From an uncultured cyanobacterium (GTDB lineage Bacteria; Cyanobacteriota; Cyanobacteriia; PCC-6307; Cyanobiaceae): a stretch of 64,000 bases of DNA. The position numbers and the translations under genes were made by a program. Under the pieces are notes generated by a model, which had not been told where the DNA came from, ran no database searches, and saw only the letters and a list, made by a program, of their open reading frames with translations. Below are positions 61,261-64,000 of the stretch, one piece after another. The stretch spans positions 54,487 through 118,486 of the forward strand of contig CAVONQ010000008.1 of NCBI GenBank assembly GCA_963697335.1, written 5' to 3'. Position 1 is the first letter of the stretch; each line of letters begins with the position of its first letter.

Positions 61261-63622
61261 TCATGGCGTTAGAGGTTCACCCGTCATCTGATCGCTGCTG
61301 CCCATGCTGCTTGGGCTATTTTTGCTGCTGGTGCTGAGCCCGCTGGTGTTGGTATTCAGGACTGGTGGACTCGGTTCTTTGACCGCCAAGCCGGTGGCAA
61401 TGGTCTGGCTCCCGGTGATCGGATCAAAGCTGCCCGTGCTGTTCGTGCCGATGCCGAGATCGCTGGCAATACCCATGACGCCGTCGCCGGATGTGCAGCC
61501 AAAGGTCTCGTCCTTGCAATCACTCCAATCGCTCAGAGTAAAATTATAGCTCTTCTTGGCGAAGGCGATTCCGTTGCCTGATCGCCTGGAAAAAGCAGTC
61601 ACCTCAAGAGTATAGTCTCCGGGATCAAAGTTGATGCCAGTATAAAAATCACCTTTCCGGGGCCCCAAACAGTGCATAGGGTTCAACATTTTCAACTCTG
61701 CTCACTTCACTTCCGCTTGCATCGGTTAAGCGCAGCTCCATGCTGCCCACGGATCCAATGAAGTTGCTATCGGTCGGCAGCGTGACGGCGAGAGTTGTAG
61801 GGCCAGCCCACTCACTGGTGCGATACACGCTGCCGTCCAGCAGGGAAGCAAAGGACTGATTCGTGTCCGTGTTGTAGAACCAACTGTGATCTGCTCGTTC
61901 AACCCGGGGAGTATCGAGAAATCGTACGTACTGACCCCAACATCGTCACCAGCCCCAGCGGGCTCCGAGAAGACTTCCACATCAAGGTTGTACTCCCCAG
62001 GGCCAAAGGGAATTCCCTTGAAGAAGTCACCTCCTAGATCCCCAAAGATTGCATAGGGCTCAACGTTACTCAATCCGACTGACCTGTCCACCGGCAGCAC
62101 TAGTAAGGGTGAGCCGCATGCTGCCTACTCCCTGTTTCACTCCCTCACCCGCTGTAGCAGCAAGGGTCAACAGACCAGGCAGCTCATCAGTGGTGAATGA
62201 ACCGTCATTGCCCAGGGAGTGACAAGCCGATCAGTCCGGGTGTTATATCTTCCGACCGTAAGATCATCGGCATCGAAGGAAGGTGAAGGTAATGTGTAGG
62301 CCCACACCTCACGGCCAGTGACGTCATCTTCGGCGGTGAAGTAAAGCATGTCGCCGGCTACTGTCAGGTCGAAAGGGGGAATGAACTGCCGCTGGGGTTG
62401 ATGTCCTGGAGCAGGACAGTGCCAGCCTCCGTACCGTCGCTCTTCCACAGCTCACGGTCATTGACCCCGTCATCAGCGCTGAAATACAGCATGTCGCCGA
62501 CGGCAGTCAGGGACCTGGGGAATGAATTGCCGCTGGGGTTGATGTCCTGGACCAGGACGGTGCCAGCCACGGTGCCGTCACTTCTCCACAGCTCAAAGCC
62601 ATTGACGCCCTCGTCGGCACTGAAATACAGCGTGTCGCCGACGGCAGTCAGGAACCGGGGGGATGAAGTGCCACTGCCTGAATTGATGTCCTTGACCAGG
62701 ACAGTGCCCTCCTCGGTGCCATCGCTCTTCCACAGCTCGTGCCTTGACGCCGTCGTCGGCGGTGAAGTAACAAGATGTCGCCGACGGGAGTTGGATTGTT
62801 TGCGCGGAATCGGACTTGACCCGCCACTGCCTGGATTGATGTCCTTGACCAGGACGGTGCCCGCCTCAGTGCCGTCACTCTTCCACAACTCCCTGCCACT
62901 GATGCCGTCGTCGGCGTAGAAATAAAGCGTGTCGCCGACGGCCGTCAGACTTATTGGGGAATGAAGTGCCACTGCCTGGATTGATGTCCTTGACCAGGAC
63001 AGTGCCAGCCTCAGTGCCGTCGCTCTTCCACAGCTCATTCCATTGATGCCGTCGTCGGCGCTGAAGTACAGGGTATCGCCGACGGCGGTCAGGAAAAGGG
63101 GGGGGGGGAACCAAGGCTCAACACGGGGAGCAGGGTTGATGTCCTTGACCAGGACGGTGCCAGCCTCAGTGCCGTCGCTCTTCCACAGCTCTGTGCCAGT
63201 GACGCGTCGTCGGCTGTGAAGTACAGCGTGTCGCCGAGGGTGGTTAGGAGATTTGGACCACCTCCATAGGGGGCATTGCTAAATGGGTTGATGTCCTTGA
63301 CCAAGACGGTGCCGGCCTCGGTGCCGTCGCTCTTCCACAGCCCTCCCCCAGTGGTGCCATCGATGGCTTTGAAGTACAGGGTGTCGGCGATAACAGCTGG
63401 GGACCATACTGTATATGCTGGTAGTGAGTAGCCACTGCCTGGGTTGATGTCTCTGACGAGAACTGTGCCTGCATCGGTGCCGTCACTCTTCCACAACTCC
63501 CTGCCACTGAGGCCGTCACATTGGCACTGAAGTACAGAGTGTCGCCCACGACCGTCGAAATAGACTGGACTCGAGTCATCGCTCCCGGGGTTGATGTCCT
63601 TGACCAGGAATGGTTCCGCCAT
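61261..63622 (-). pseudogene. ELWxxDGT-repeat surface protein with two C-terminal NVEPYA(I/L)FG domains; many frameshifts
   Basis: About 8 repeats of LTAVGDTLYF.ADDG..G.ELWKSDGTEAGTVLVKDINP; GAGGA RBS before ATG 63622. Confidence 0.8.
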
Positions 63623-63737
63623 GGCTCTGTCCTCAAGAAGTTGTTGATGCTGGGCAGCACTTGCCGGCAGGGAGCCTCTGAAGGTCGCGGATTCGGCCAT
63701 GAACCCCGAAGCTACGCTCTTGTGGCATTCCCTCCAT

Positions 63738-64000
63738 TCACGTCATAACACTGCCGTGATGGGCTGACCACCAAGGACTGGTTAACCCACGCCAGGCCGT
63801 TGCCTTTGATGATCCTGCCCCCTGCAGGGGCGGCACCAGCCAGGGCATCGACGTAGCCCATCCAGCTCCCGGCTCCGGTCCCACCACCACTGGATTGCGC
63901 AGGCCCGGCAGCACCGTCACGGCAAACACCTCCTCCACACCGCTTGTGAAGTACAGGTGCGCCACCGGCCGGCGGAGGTCGCGTGAACATTTGGCTGAAT
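63738..64000 (-). CDS. 3' end of a probable TIGR03032/DUF4915-type protein (partial)
   Basis: DLR..VAHLYFTSGVEEVFAVTVLPGLRNPVVVGP resembles the C-terminus of that family. Confidence 0.45.
   Translation of the reverse strand, partial: SAKCSRDLRRPVAHLYFTSGVEEVFAVTVLPGLRNPVVVGPEPGAGWATSMPWLVPPLQGAGSSKATAWRGLTSPWWSAHHGSVMT

Noticed and set aside
62360..63620. Regularly spaced DNA repeats resembling an array
   Set aside because: They are protein-coding ELWxxDGT repeats with synonymous variation, not CRISPR. No cas genes are present.

Overview
High-GC picocyanobacterial (Cyanobium/Synechococcus-like) chromosomal segment. About 1-53.9 kb is mostly conserved core: dnaK-dnaJ, murQ, mtnP, cyclophilin, ribBA, argC, purN, pgi, an ABC exporter, sbcCD, leuS, hfq, dapF, cysteine desulfurase, dacB, cdv3-coaD and uvrC. 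An accessory patch at about 17.5-36 kb holds a permease, DUF819, cutA, a cellulose-synthase-like GT2, a transglutaminase-malic enzyme fusion, a helicase relic, a DUF296-glutaredoxin fusion, a CDF transporter, a 2OG oxygenase, a COP23-like gene and a large CAAX protease. From about 53.9 kb the window becomes island-like. It carries a GH3 / CrtO-like acyltransferase / CrtQ-like glycosyltransferase / esterase cluster, nested decayed IS3, IS5 and IS630 elements interrupted by 27-29 nt hairpin micro-insertions, and a multiply frameshifted ELWxxDGT-repeat surface protein. The most notable observations are the micro-insertions inside transposases, the transglutaminase-malic enzyme fusion, and the putative glycosylate/acylate plus deglycosylate/deacylate module. 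Several isolated frameshifts may be sequencing errors. I saw no rRNA, tRNA or CRISPR array. All family calls come from motif recognition; no database searches were run.
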